The notes below the pieces were generated by a model, which saw only the letters and a list, made by a program, of their open reading frames with translations, was not told where the DNA came from and did no database searches. From positions 1,681,182 through 1,745,181 of the forward strand of contig CBDATM010000001.1 of NCBI GenBank assembly GCA_965200225.1: a stretch of 64,000 nucleotides of DNA, in the 5' to 3' direction. This document shows positions 53,248-61,056 of this stretch, piece after piece (position 1 is the stretch's first letter; the number at the start of each line of letters is the position of its first letter). The translations under genes were made by a program, and so were the position numbers. The DNA comes from Gammaproteobacteria bacterium. GTDB lineage: Bacteria; Pseudomonadota; Gammaproteobacteria; Steroidobacterales; Foliamicaceae.

Positions 53248-53973
53248 TCAGTGCGGCGGGAACTCGTCGTAGGTCCTGCCGTTCAGCGTGCGGCCGTTTT
53301 TGTGCTTGCGAACTCCGCCCCATTGCTTGAAGAAAAAAGGCACGCCGTCGCGTCGGCATTGTTCCAGGATTCTCAGCACCCAGCTTTCCCGCATGGGCCG
53401 AGCGCGGGGGCCGCTTTCTCCGCCCACGATGGCCCAATCAATGCCTCGAAGGTCGATTTCGCCAAGGTCTTCCAGAAGAGGTTCAATCGACAGGAAGCGC
53501 ACAGCAGCAGGCGTATCGCGCAAGGCTTCCAGGCGCGGGAGCCCCTGGTGCTGATTTTCCACGCTCACGCCGAACCACGCATTCGGCAGTTCCCCCATCC
53601 ACGAAAGCTTTCCGGTGAGTAACTCGCGCATGCGCTGGTGCCGTTTGGTCAGCACCTGATAGGTGTGGTGCGGAGTGCCTTGCATTACGCGCCCCACCTT
53701 GCCGATGTAGGCGTGCGGCACATCGGGATGAAACAGGTCGCTCATGGAGTTCACGAACACCCGGCGCGGCTTCCTCCAGCGATAAGGTTCTTCCAGCTTT
53801 GATGGGACGAGGAGAAGATCGAAGCCCTGTTCGAACGGGTGTCCCGCAACGCCCCGGAATCGCTCGGCGAACCGGTGGGCGTAGCAAAGCGCGCATCCTG
53901 CGCTGATCTTGGTGCAGCCTCGGACGGGATTCCAGGTTGCGTCCGTCCACTCGATTCTGCTGCCGTCAGCCAT
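53248..53973 (-). CDS. Phage Gp37/Gp68 family (DUF5131) three-Cys-motif protein
   Basis: 241 aa. Starts MADGSRIEWTDATWNPVRGCTKISAGCALCYA and contains FVNSMSDLFH...FLSIEPLLEDLG...DWAIVGGESGP...FFFKQWGG. Confidence 0.8.
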   Translation of the reverse strand: MADGSRIEWTDATWNPVRGCTKISAGCALCYAHRFAERFRGVAGHPFEQGFDLLLVPSKLEEPYRWRKPRRVFVNSMSDLFHPDVPHAYIGKVGRVMQGTPHHTYQVLTKRHQRMRELLTGKLSWMGELPNAWFGVSVENQHQGLPRLEALRDTPAAVRFLSIEPLLEDLGEIDLRGIDWAIVGGESGPRARPMRESWVLRILEQCRRDGVPFFFKQWGGVRKHKNGRTLNGRTYDEFPPH

Positions 53974-54086
53974 GCGCGTCCTCCTGGGCCAGTGGCGACT
54001 GCGCGCAGAATATGCCAGGAGCGCGATGGTCAGGAGTCATCACGGCACGTGAGGAAATCAGGCGGGTCAGGCAAGCCCTGCGTTCG

Positions 54087-54476
54087 TTATAACTTGATCA
54101 GCAGGGTAACAAGAAAGACGATCTGGGCAATGAGATCCCCGGTCCCGAACACTATGATGTTGCTCTGCAGTCGGTCAAGAGTGGCACCAAGCCGAGGGAA
54201 GCCTTTATCCAACCGATCGCAGCGCTCATGAAAGTACTTCCGATACCGATCGAAACATGCACCGACCTGCCGCCCAACTTGGCCGGAATGACTTCCGGTG
54301 GATTTCTCAAGACGATTGAGTCGTTCGCCGGTAGACTTCTCAAGCCGTTCAATATCCGCCCTGGTTGCGAGCTGCTTGCCTTGTTGATGAATGGTCCGGG
54401 CTATGACTTCGGCGGGTTTGCGCTCGAGACCGGCGGCTTCGATATCGTGCGATGTCAGCAAGATATCGAGTTCCAT
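54087..54476 (-). CDS. DUF1640-like tail-anchored coiled-coil protein, paralog 1
   Basis: 129 aa. MELDILLTSHDIEAAGLERKPAEVIARTIHQQGKQLATRADIERLEKSTGERLNRLEKSTG..., ending in the C-terminal hydrophobic anchor IIVFGTGDLIAQIVFLVTLLIKL. Confidence 0.7.
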   Translation of the reverse strand: MELDILLTSHDIEAAGLERKPAEVIARTIHQQGKQLATRADIERLEKSTGERLNRLEKSTGSHSGQVGRQVGACFDRYRKYFHERCDRLDKGFPRLGATLDRLQSNIIVFGTGDLIAQIVFLVTLLIKL

Positions 54477-54551
54477 GGCAACCTCCCTATAACGTTGTCA
54501 CCTGTAATGCGGCAGCAGCAGGATTGCCACTGCCATATGCTGCGCATTATA
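54477..54551 (-). promoter_or_regulatory. Conserved leader of DUF1640 paralog 1 (TATAAT block, 10-bp hairpin, RBS)
   Basis: The minus-sense reading is TATAAT GCGCAGCATAT GGCAGTGGCA-ATCC-TGCTGCTGCC GCATTACAGGTGACAACGTTATAGGGAGGTTGCC ATG. The hairpin arms are at 54511-54520 / 54525-54534 and the TATAAT at 54546-54551. Confidence 0.55.
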
Positions 54552-54820
54552 GCGCCCTCGCTAAATCCGGCCAGACAATTGACGTGGATGTAACTACAGG
54601 CGATATTGAAGCGGTGGGGGAGTTTGTGGGAGGCACAATGCTCTTCGCGGAAGGTGATGCCAGCCCGCTTCCCGGAGTGGCGGTCTTGGAATCCCCGGGC
54701 ATCGGAGTCGATCCCATGAACCGGTGGCTGAAAAATTTGCCTGCCGTGCGCCTCAAGTGGCAGCAGTAAAAGGCCGGCCAGCCCCGCGATTTTGGCGACA
54801 AACAATGAGGAGATCTCGAA

Positions 54821-55081
54821 ATGACCCAGAACGACAGCAACAAAAACAGCGAATCCCAGGTGCAGCAAGACATCCGCAAAAGCAAGGTGCGCGTATGCGT
54901 AACCTACCTGATGAGCCTGACTTACGCGGTAGCATCTCTTGGGCTTATTGCATCGCTGATGTGGCTGGAGAAATACGACTTGACTTTGGGCGTATTCTCT
55001 GGAGTAGCCTCTACAACAGCGGCGATATTCTCGTTCTGGTTTGGTTCACGAGGCGCTTCCTCGAAGAGCAATAGTCAATAG
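54821..55081 (+). CDS. Small two-TM membrane protein
   Basis: 86 aa. The RBS GAGGAG lies 8 nt upstream. Hydrophobic segments are VCVTYLMSLTYAVASLGLIASLMW and LGVFSGVASTTAAIFSFWF. It sits directly upstream of the KAP NTPase. Confidence 0.55.
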   Translation: MTQNDSNKNSESQVQQDIRKSKVRVCVTYLMSLTYAVASLGLIASLMWLEKYDLTLGVFSGVASTTAAIFSFWFGSRGASSKSNSQ

Positions 55082-55179
55082 TCGGACTCCTGCTAAACAA
55101 GACAAAACTTGAGGAAGGGTCGACCGGGAGCAATGGCAATGACACGTCCATACAAGTACAACGCCAAAGGAGCTATGCA

Positions 55180-56556
55180 GTGAGACTGGCCCCCAAACCC
55201 TTGGAGATAGGCGAAGAGGCTGGTTTTAAGGATACGGACCTGTTTGGTTACAAGGAGTTTGGCAAGCGGCTCGCCAACTTGGTTGAATCCCTGGAAGGAT
55301 CTTCGGTTGTTGCTTTTGACGGGCCTTGGGGAAGCGGCAAAACCACTTTCATTCTTCAGTGGGCAGGGTTGCTGCGAAAAAGAGGGGCCGCAGTGATTCG
55401 CTTCGATGCGTTCGAGAACGACCACCAGCATGACGCCTTCTTTTCACTGGCAGGCGAGTTTTTTGCATACGCTGACCAATCGGCAAACATAGGCGATGAG
55501 AGGAAAAAGGCCTTTGTCGAAAAAGCAGCGGCGGTCGGGAAGACTATAGGACTTGCAGGAATCCAGGCTGGAATCAATTGGGCCTCGGGAGGATTGCTGA
55601 ATCCAGACCTTGCAAAAATCACCGAGGATATCCGCAAGGCCTCACTTGACCGGATTAAAGAGTGAACTAAGGGGGCCGAGAAAGAGCGTAAGCTGGTAAG
55701 GGATTTTCGAGATAGTCTTTCGACCCTCGCGCAGGCCACGCAATCTCACGGAAGCCAATCTGAGGATGGGCAACAAAATGTGAGCAAGCCTCTCGTTTTC
55801 ATTATTGACGAGTTGGACCGGTGCAAACCGACCTTCGCCTTGAATCTGATTGAGCGCATCAAGCACCTGTTTTCCGTGGATGGGATCTGCTTCGTTCTGG
55901 TGGCCAATTTCAAGGCGCTGGAAGAGTCCATTTCAAGGACATACGGCCTGCATGACGCAAGAACTTGCCTGGAAAAATTCTGGCAGATTCGCGTTTGCTT
56001 GCCGGATGCACAGTCTTCGCATTTTTCTGACACCAACCGTGCTCGTTATATTGGGTATCTTCGCGAACATCTGAGTGAAATGCTCGGCCCATCTCCTTTC
56101 GAGACGCTGGAAGAATTGTCTAGAATCCAGGGTTGTTCTCTCCGAACCATGGAGCGAATATTTCTAAATCTCGCACTTGCTTACAACTCGGTTAACGTAC
56201 AAAAAAGAGAGTCGCGCTATCTCACGGAAATTGCTGTCGGGTTATGCGTGATGAAAACAATCGATCCAGAGCTGTACGAAAGGGCACGAACAGGCGCTAT
56301 TACACTCGCCGAAGCACGGAGTTTCATGAAATTTGAATCTTGGCGGGGGAGTCGGCAAGAGGATGTGGAGAATCTCTGGTTCTGTGCCGCGGCTACCGAC
56401 GACGAACTTTCTGCAGAGCCAGAACGTCTGGAGCGCTTCAAAACCGGGACCGAGACGTATCAAGACGGCGTAATCAGCAGAGACATTGAACAGCGCAGAC
56501 GTGATTTAATCCCGAAGACCTGTGGGCACATTGACGAGTTTTCCCAATACGATTAA
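55180..56556 (+). pseudogene. KAP-family P-loop NTPase interrupted by one in-frame TGA (55663-55665)
   Basis: The GTG start is preceded by AAAGGAG. Walker A is FDGPWGSGKTTF. The stop falls after ...LDRIKE, and the same frame continues TKGAEKERKLV...SKPLVFIIDELDRCKP (Walker B) to 56556. ORFs 55180..55665 and 55780..56556 share one reading frame. Confidence 0.7.
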
Positions 56557-56638
56557 GCACAGTCGGACACGCAATGAGGGACGCGCGGAGCGGCGCTGGC
56601 TGCCAGGATCAAAGGGCTATCGCCGCCTCGTTTCGGTT

Positions 56639-56932
56639 TTACTTGGAGATATGCAGCGTGATCTGCAGATCGCCGTCGAGCGCTGCGATCATCTTCATAA
56701 GGCGATCCAGCGTGATCCGTCCAAGCTCGGCATTTCGGATGCGTGAAAAGTCCTCTGCGGCGAAGCGGGTCCGGGCAACTGCTTTCGGCACCGAAAGCCC
56801 GCGGTCGTCCAGCGTCGCGATGATCCGCGCGGCAAGGACCGCCTTGGCCTGTTTCAGGTCTGCTTCGGGATCACCCATGTCGCGAAACACATTGCCGCTT
56901 CCTTCCAGCAGTTCGGAATCGTTCTCGTTCAT
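56639..56932 (-). CDS. XRE-family HTH antitoxin (HigA-2-like), orphan
   Basis: 97 aa. GSGNVFRDMGDPEADLKQAKAVLAARIIATLDDRGLSVPKAVARTRFAAEDFSRIRN...LDRLMKMIAALDGDLQITL matches the GNVFxDLG-type antitoxin pattern. Confidence 0.65.
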   Translation of the reverse strand: MNENDSELLEGSGNVFRDMGDPEADLKQAKAVLAARIIATLDDRGLSVPKAVARTRFAAEDFSRIRNAELGRITLDRLMKMIAALDGDLQITLHISK

Positions 56933-56970
56933 TGCAACAACTCCCGTTTCAATCGCGCCAACCGGCTTGC
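56929..56970 (-). pseudogene. 13-codon C-terminal stub of the cognate RelE/HigB-type toxin
   Basis: The minus-sense reading ...ASRLARLKRELLQ-TGA overlaps the antitoxin ATG (ATGA). Upstream of 56970 the sequence switches to the conserved 3' tail of DUF1640 unit 2. Confidence 0.5.
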
Positions 56971-57014
56971 GAGGAAATCAGGCGGGCCAGGTGGGCAGGC
57001 AAGCCCCGCGTTCG

Positions 57015-57404
57015 TTATAACTTGATCAGCAGAGTAAAGAGAAAGAGGATCTGGGCAATGAGTATTCCGGTCCCGAACAGTATGATGTTGGTCTGCAGTC
57101 GGTCAAGAGTGGCATCAAGCCGAGCGAAGCTTTTGTCCAACTGATCGGAGCGCTCACAAAAGCTCTTCTCAAACCGATCGAAACACGCACCGATCTGTCG
57201 TCCAACTTGGTCGGAATGACCTCCGGTGGATCTCTCAAGACGATGTAGTCGTTCGCCGGTAGACTTCTCAAGTCGTTCAATATCCGCCCCGGTTGCAAGC
57301 TGCTTGCGTTGTTCATGAATGGCCCGGGCTATGACTTCGGCGGGTTTGCGCTCGAGACCGGCGGCTTCAATGTCGTGCGATGTCTGCCAGATATCGAGTT
57401 CCAT
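57015..57404 (-). CDS. DUF1640-like tail-anchored coiled-coil protein, paralog 2
   Basis: 129 aa. MELDIWQTSHDIEAAGLERKPAEVIARAIHEQRKQLATGADIERLEKSTGERLHRLERSTG...IILFGTGILIAQILFLFTLLIKL. Confidence 0.7.
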   Translation of the reverse strand: MELDIWQTSHDIEAAGLERKPAEVIARAIHEQRKQLATGADIERLEKSTGERLHRLERSTGGHSDQVGRQIGACFDRFEKSFCERSDQLDKSFARLDATLDRLQTNIILFGTGILIAQILFLFTLLIKL

Positions 57405-57479
57405 GGCAACCTCCCTATAACGTTGTCACCTGTAATCCGGCAACAGCAGGATCGCTACCGCCGTGTGCTGTGGATTATA
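57405..57479 (-). promoter_or_regulatory. Conserved leader of DUF1640 paralog 2
   Basis: Same architecture as paralog 1. The hairpin is GGCGGTAGCG-ATCC-TGCTGTTGCC (arms 57439-57448 / 57453-57462) and the TATAAT is at 57474-57479. Confidence 0.55.
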
Positions 57480-57494
57480 GGGCCTTCGCAAAAT

Positions 57495-57791
57495 GAGGCG
57501 CTTGGGGACTGGCGAGGTGGTTGTTTGACGCAGGATCAGGCGGCGGCCTTGCTGGGGGTGAGCGCGCGGACGTTTCGGCGGTGGATGGTTCGGTATGGCG
57601 AGGACGGCATGGAGGGTTTGCGGGATCGCCGGGTGTCGCGGGCCTCGCACCGCGCGGCGCCGGTGGACGAGGTGATGCGGATGGTCAACCGGTATCGCAC
57701 GCCCCACGAGGGCTGGAACATTCGCCACTACTATTCCTGGTATCGGCGCGAGCGGGAAATTGAAATATGCAGGCCGTTGATTCAAAATTGA
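57495..57791 (+). mobile_element. N-terminal HTH fragment of an ISNCY-type (integrase-fold) transposase
   Basis: LTQDQAAALLGVSARTFRRWMVRYGEDGMEGLRDRRVSRASHRAAPVDEVMRMVNRYRTPHEGWNIRHYYSWYRRE is followed by a stop. There is no DDE catalytic domain and I saw no terminal repeats. Confidence 0.5.
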
Positions 57792-57816
57792 ACAGTCGCA
57801 TCCGGGAGCATGTCCA

Positions 57817-58509
57817 GTGACCAGAACTCGAACGCGCACGATCGACCCCCGAGACCTGCCCGCCTACACAATCTCGGAAGCCGCGCACTACTTGGCCGTG
57901 CCCGCGATGACCATTCGCTATTGGTCGGTGGGACGCGGCCACTACGAGCCGCTGATCGAAGCACCCGAAGGCAAGCCGCAGCTGCTCTCGTTTCTCAATC
58001 TCGCGGAACTTCATATCCTCGCCGCCATTCGGCGCAAGCACGGGGTGAAGATGCCGAGCATTCGACGGGCGATCCAGTACCTGGCGGAGGACACCTGGCA
58101 GGGCTTTCACACGCGCCACCCGTTGATCAGCCTCCAGCTGGAAACGGATGGCCTTGACCTGTTCACCGAGCGATACGGGCAGCTGGTCAATATCAGCCGG
58201 GAGGGCCAGATGGCCATGCGGCAGATTATCAGCGTGGCGCTCCGCCGGATCAGCCGCGACGCCGCCGGCGTCCCGATCAAGCTCTATCCGTTCACGCGGG
58301 CCGCCATGGACGACACGCCCACGACGGTCGTCATCGACCCGCGGCTCTCCGCCGGACGCCCCGTCATCAACGGCACCGGGCTTGCCACTGAAATCATCGC
58401 CGAACGCTACAAGGCGGGTGAATCCATCAGCGATCTGGCGCGTGACTACGAGCGCGGAAATGAGGAAATTGAAGAAGCGGTCCGGTGCGAACTCCAGGCC
58501 GCAGCTTGA
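57817..58509 (+). CDS. DUF433 antitoxin-like protein with N-terminal MerR-like HTH extension
   Basis: 230 aa. The N-terminus shows YTISEAAHYLAVPAMTIRYW. The C-terminal DUF433 core is DPRLSAGRPVINGTGLATEIIAERYKAGESISDLARDYERGNEEIEEAV. Confidence 0.7.
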   Translation: MTRTRTRTIDPRDLPAYTISEAAHYLAVPAMTIRYWSVGRGHYEPLIEAPEGKPQLLSFLNLAELHILAAIRRKHGVKMPSIRRAIQYLAEDTWQGFHTRHPLISLQLETDGLDLFTERYGQLVNISREGQMAMRQIISVALRRISRDAAGVPIKLYPFTRAAMDDTPTTVVIDPRLSAGRPVINGTGLATEIIAERYKAGESISDLARDYERGNEEIEEAVRCELQAAA

Positions 58510-58920
58510 ACCGACGCTTTTTCTTGATCGCAATCTCGGCAAGCGCTTAGTCGCGGATCGACTTCGCTCGGAGGGGATACCGGCGAGGTGCATGACGACC
58601 ACCTGCCGCTGGACGCGCCGGACGAGGATTGGATCGCGCTTGTCGGATCCAAGAGCTGGATTGCGATTACGAAGGACAAAAACGTTCGTTATCGATCCGC
58701 CGAGCACGAGTCGATACGCATCCATTCGGCGCGGGTTATCGTAATTCGCATGAAAAACGCAACCGGGTCAGACAACGCCGAACTGCTCGTGAAAGGATGG
58801 CGGAGAATCGTCCGGTTCGCGGCAAAGACGCCCCCTCCGTTCGTAGCCCGAATCAATCGGAGCGGCACAGTCAAACCATACGACATTCTGAAGCCTGCCG
58901 CCATCACAGACTCTAGCTGA
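58460..58920 (+). pseudogene. DUF5615 (PIN-like, Mut7-C-like) toxin candidate, frameshifted
   Basis: One frame reads ...LEPTLFLDRNLGKRLVADRLRSEGIPA up to about 58585. The rest of the domain, VHDDHLPLDAPDEDWIALVGSKSWIAITKDKNVRYR..., is in another frame from 58588. A 1-nt deletion in CCGGCG(G)AGGTG would explain the shift. Confidence 0.6.
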
Positions 58921-58956
58921 CAAAATCACCCCGCTTAATTTGTCACGCCCGGCCCC

Positions 58957-59085
58957 AAAGTATTTCCGATACTGATCGAAACACGCACCGATCTGTCGTC
59001 CAACTTGGTCGGAATGACCTCCGGTGGATTTCTCAAGACGATGTAGTCGTTCGCCGGTCGACTTCTCAAGTCGTTCAATATCTGC
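58957..59085 (-). pseudogene. Internal fragment (~43 codons) of a fourth DUF1640-like gene
   Basis: It encodes ...ADIERLEKSTGERLHRLEKSTGGHSDQVGRQIGACFDQYRKYF. It lacks both the start and the membrane anchor. The sequence is a mosaic of paralog-2-like and paralog-1-like stretches, and it abuts the stop of the AAA ATPase gene. Confidence 0.75.
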
Positions 59086-59090
59086 GCGGG

Positions 59091-60263
59091 TTATTCGCAT
59101 GGAGTGCGCAGGTCGATTTCGTGGATTCTGCGTAATGGAAGTGCGGTGATGTGGTCGGTTAGCGGATACTCTCGCTCTCCCGGATAGACCACCCAGAGAT
59201 GCTCGAGTCTCAGGTCGTCCATGACGATGTGCATGGACCGGGTAGTGCGGGGCGCGTCCGTGCATTTGAATTCGAATCCCCAACGCCGGCCGCGCCTGTG
59301 CAGCATGAGATCCAGTTCGGCGCCGCGCTGCGTTCGGTAGAACCAGGCGTCGCGCTCCCCGTGGGCGATCAGCGTTTGCTCCAGCGAGAATCCTTCCCAA
59401 CTGGCTCCGTAGCGGGGATGCAGGGGCAGCTCCTGCGCGGACCGGATGCCGAGCAGAAAGTGGAGGATGCCGCTGTCTCTGATGTACGTCTTGGGGGACT
59501 TGACCAGGCGTTTGCCCAGATTCTCGAACCACGGGGGCAGGATTCGCGCCATGAAGGTGCCAGCCAGGAGGTCGCGATAATGGTTCACGGCGGTTTCGCT
59601 CACGTCCATGGATCGAGCCAGCTCCGAGGCGTTCCAGGTTTGTCCGTGAAAGTGGGCCAGCATTCTCCAGAAGTGCGCCAGGGCTGTCGGGGAAACGCGC
59701 GATCCCAGTCCGGGAATGTCTCTTTCGAGAAACGTGCGGGAAAACCCGTCCATCCACCTTGTCCACGCGTTGCCGGACGGTGCCAGGAACGCGCGCGGAA
59801 AGCCGCCGCGCATCCACAACTGCTGCTGATTGCCGACCTCCGTTTCAGCGATGGAAAAACCGCCCGCTTCCACAAACTGAATTCTTCCCGCCAGCGTTTC
59901 CGACACGCCCCGGATCCGATCCAACGATGCGCTTCCCAGCAGAAGAAACACGGCCTTTCGTTGCGGATCGTCGCAAATCGGCCGCAAGAGCTCGAACAGT
60001 TGAGGCAACCGTTGCACTTCGTCCACCACCACCAGCCCCTCGCTGGCTCGCAACACCGTTTCCGGGATCGTGGAAAGGGCTTCCCGGGCGGCGGCTGTTT
60101 CGAGGTCGTAGAGCGTGGACGGCCCTTCCCAGGAAGCCATCACCTGTTGCGCGAGCGTCGTCTTGCCCACCTGTCGAGCGCCCAGGATCGCTACCACCGG
60201 CGCTTCATCAAGACCTCGCCGTATCGCTTCCAAAAGCCTGGGACGTTGAACAAGCCGCTTCAT
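59091..60263 (-). CDS. AAA+ ATPase with C-terminal DUF4143 domain
   Basis: 390 aa. Walker A is ILGARQVGKTTL and Walker B is LVVVDEVQRLP. The DUF4143-type region shows YIRDSGILHFLLG...RGAELDLML. Confidence 0.8.
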   Translation of the reverse strand: MKRLVQRPRLLEAIRRGLDEAPVVAILGARQVGKTTLAQQVMASWEGPSTLYDLETAAAREALSTIPETVLRASEGLVVVDEVQRLPQLFELLRPICDDPQRKAVFLLLGSASLDRIRGVSETLAGRIQFVEAGGFSIAETEVGNQQQLWMRGGFPRAFLAPSGNAWTRWMDGFSRTFLERDIPGLGSRVSPTALAHFWRMLAHFHGQTWNASELARSMDVSETAVNHYRDLLAGTFMARILPPWFENLGKRLVKSPKTYIRDSGILHFLLGIRSAQELPLHPRYGASWEGFSLEQTLIAHGERDAWFYRTQRGAELDLMLHRRGRRWGFEFKCTDAPRTTRSMHIVMDDLRLEHLWVVYPGEREYPLTDHITALPLRRIHEIDLRTPCE

Positions 60264-60456
60264 AATTGTCGTATATTCTACTTCTTGAAATGAATATTCA
60301 ACAATTATTTCGGTATATTATTTCGGTGCATTCTCGCTGAAAGGTGCATTCTGGCTGAAATATGAAAAACGACGCGAAAAGGTGCCATTACCCTGGGGCC
60401 GGCGCGAAATTTAATAAAACTTGAATCTTGGCGCGGGCCAGAAAGCCCTATGTTCG

Positions 60457-61056
60457 TTACGTATTCATGTTCATCAGCAGGGTAACCACCGCGGCGATCA
60501 GAGTAAGGATGAACGCGCTCCCGAATCCTATGATGGTCATAATCGTCTGGTTGAACCGGGTCTCAAGCCGGGCGTCAAGGCGTTCGACGGATTTCTCAAG
60601 CCGTCCGATATCCTGGTCAACCCGATCGAAGCGCTCTCCGGTCTCCCGGCGAAGTTGTTCGACATCCGCCTTGGTTGCTTTGCCAAGCTGTTCGACATCC
60701 GCCTTGGTTGCTTTGCCAAGCTGTTCGAGGTCCGCCTTGGTTGCTTTGCCGAGCTGTTCGAGGTCCGCCTTGGTTGCTTTGCCGAGCTGTTCGACATCCG
60801 CCTTGGTTGCTTTGCCGAGCTGTTCGACATCCGCCTTGGTTGCTTTGCCGAGCTGTTCGACATCCGCCTTGGTTGCTTTGCCGAGCTGTTCGACATCCGC
60901 CTTGGTTGCTTTGCCCAGTTGTTCGAGGTCCGCCTTGGTGGCGAGCGGTCTGCGGTGTTCGTGAATGGCCCGGGATATGGCTTCCGCGGGTTTGCGCTCC
61001 AGGCCGGCGGCTTCGATGTCGTGCGCCGTCTGCAAGGTATCTTGATCCAGTTCCAT
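60457..61056 (-). CDS. DUF1640-like tail-anchored coiled-coil protein, paralog 3, with expanded 11-residue repeats
   Basis: The start is at the internal Met 61056 (MELDQDTLQTAHDIEAAGLERKPAEAISRAIHEHRRPLAT). Nine KAD(V/L)EQLGKAT repeats follow. The C-terminal anchor is IMTIIGFGSAFILTLIAAVVTLLM. Confidence 0.75.
   Translation of the reverse strand: MELDQDTLQTAHDIEAAGLERKPAEAISRAIHEHRRPLATKADLEQLGKATKADVEQLGKATKADVEQLGKATKADVEQLGKATKADVEQLGKATKADLEQLGKATKADLEQLGKATKADVEQLGKATKADVEQLRRETGERFDRVDQDIGRLEKSVERLDARLETRFNQTIMTIIGFGSAFILTLIAAVVTLLMNMNT
60657..60942. repeat. 33-bp tandem repeat, 8 full units plus a partial one (coding)
   Basis: The unit GTTCGA(C/G)(A/G)TCCGCCTTGGTTGCTTTGCC(A/G)AGCT starts at 60657, 60690, 60723, 60756, 60789, 60822, 60855 and 60888, with a partial unit at 60921. 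Confidence 0.9.

Noticed and set aside
54452-54769. A 105-aa plus-strand ORF between DUF1640 paralog 1 and the small membrane protein.
   Set aside because: Its first part is the antisense of the conserved DUF1640 leader. It has no RBS and no recognisable motif. It is possibly a remnant, but the evidence does not support calling it.
55663-55665. The in-frame TGA in the KAP NTPase read as selenocysteine or programmed read-through.
   Set aside because: I saw no SECIS-like stem-loop immediately downstream, no selenoprotein machinery in the window, and no catalytic rationale at that position. A nonsense mutation in a decaying island is the simpler reading.
60657-60942. A regularly spaced 33-bp repeat array that could be mistaken for a CRISPR array.
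   Set aside because: The units are directly abutting with no unique spacers. They are in frame within a coding sequence (KADVEQLGKAT repeats), and there are no cas genes in the window.
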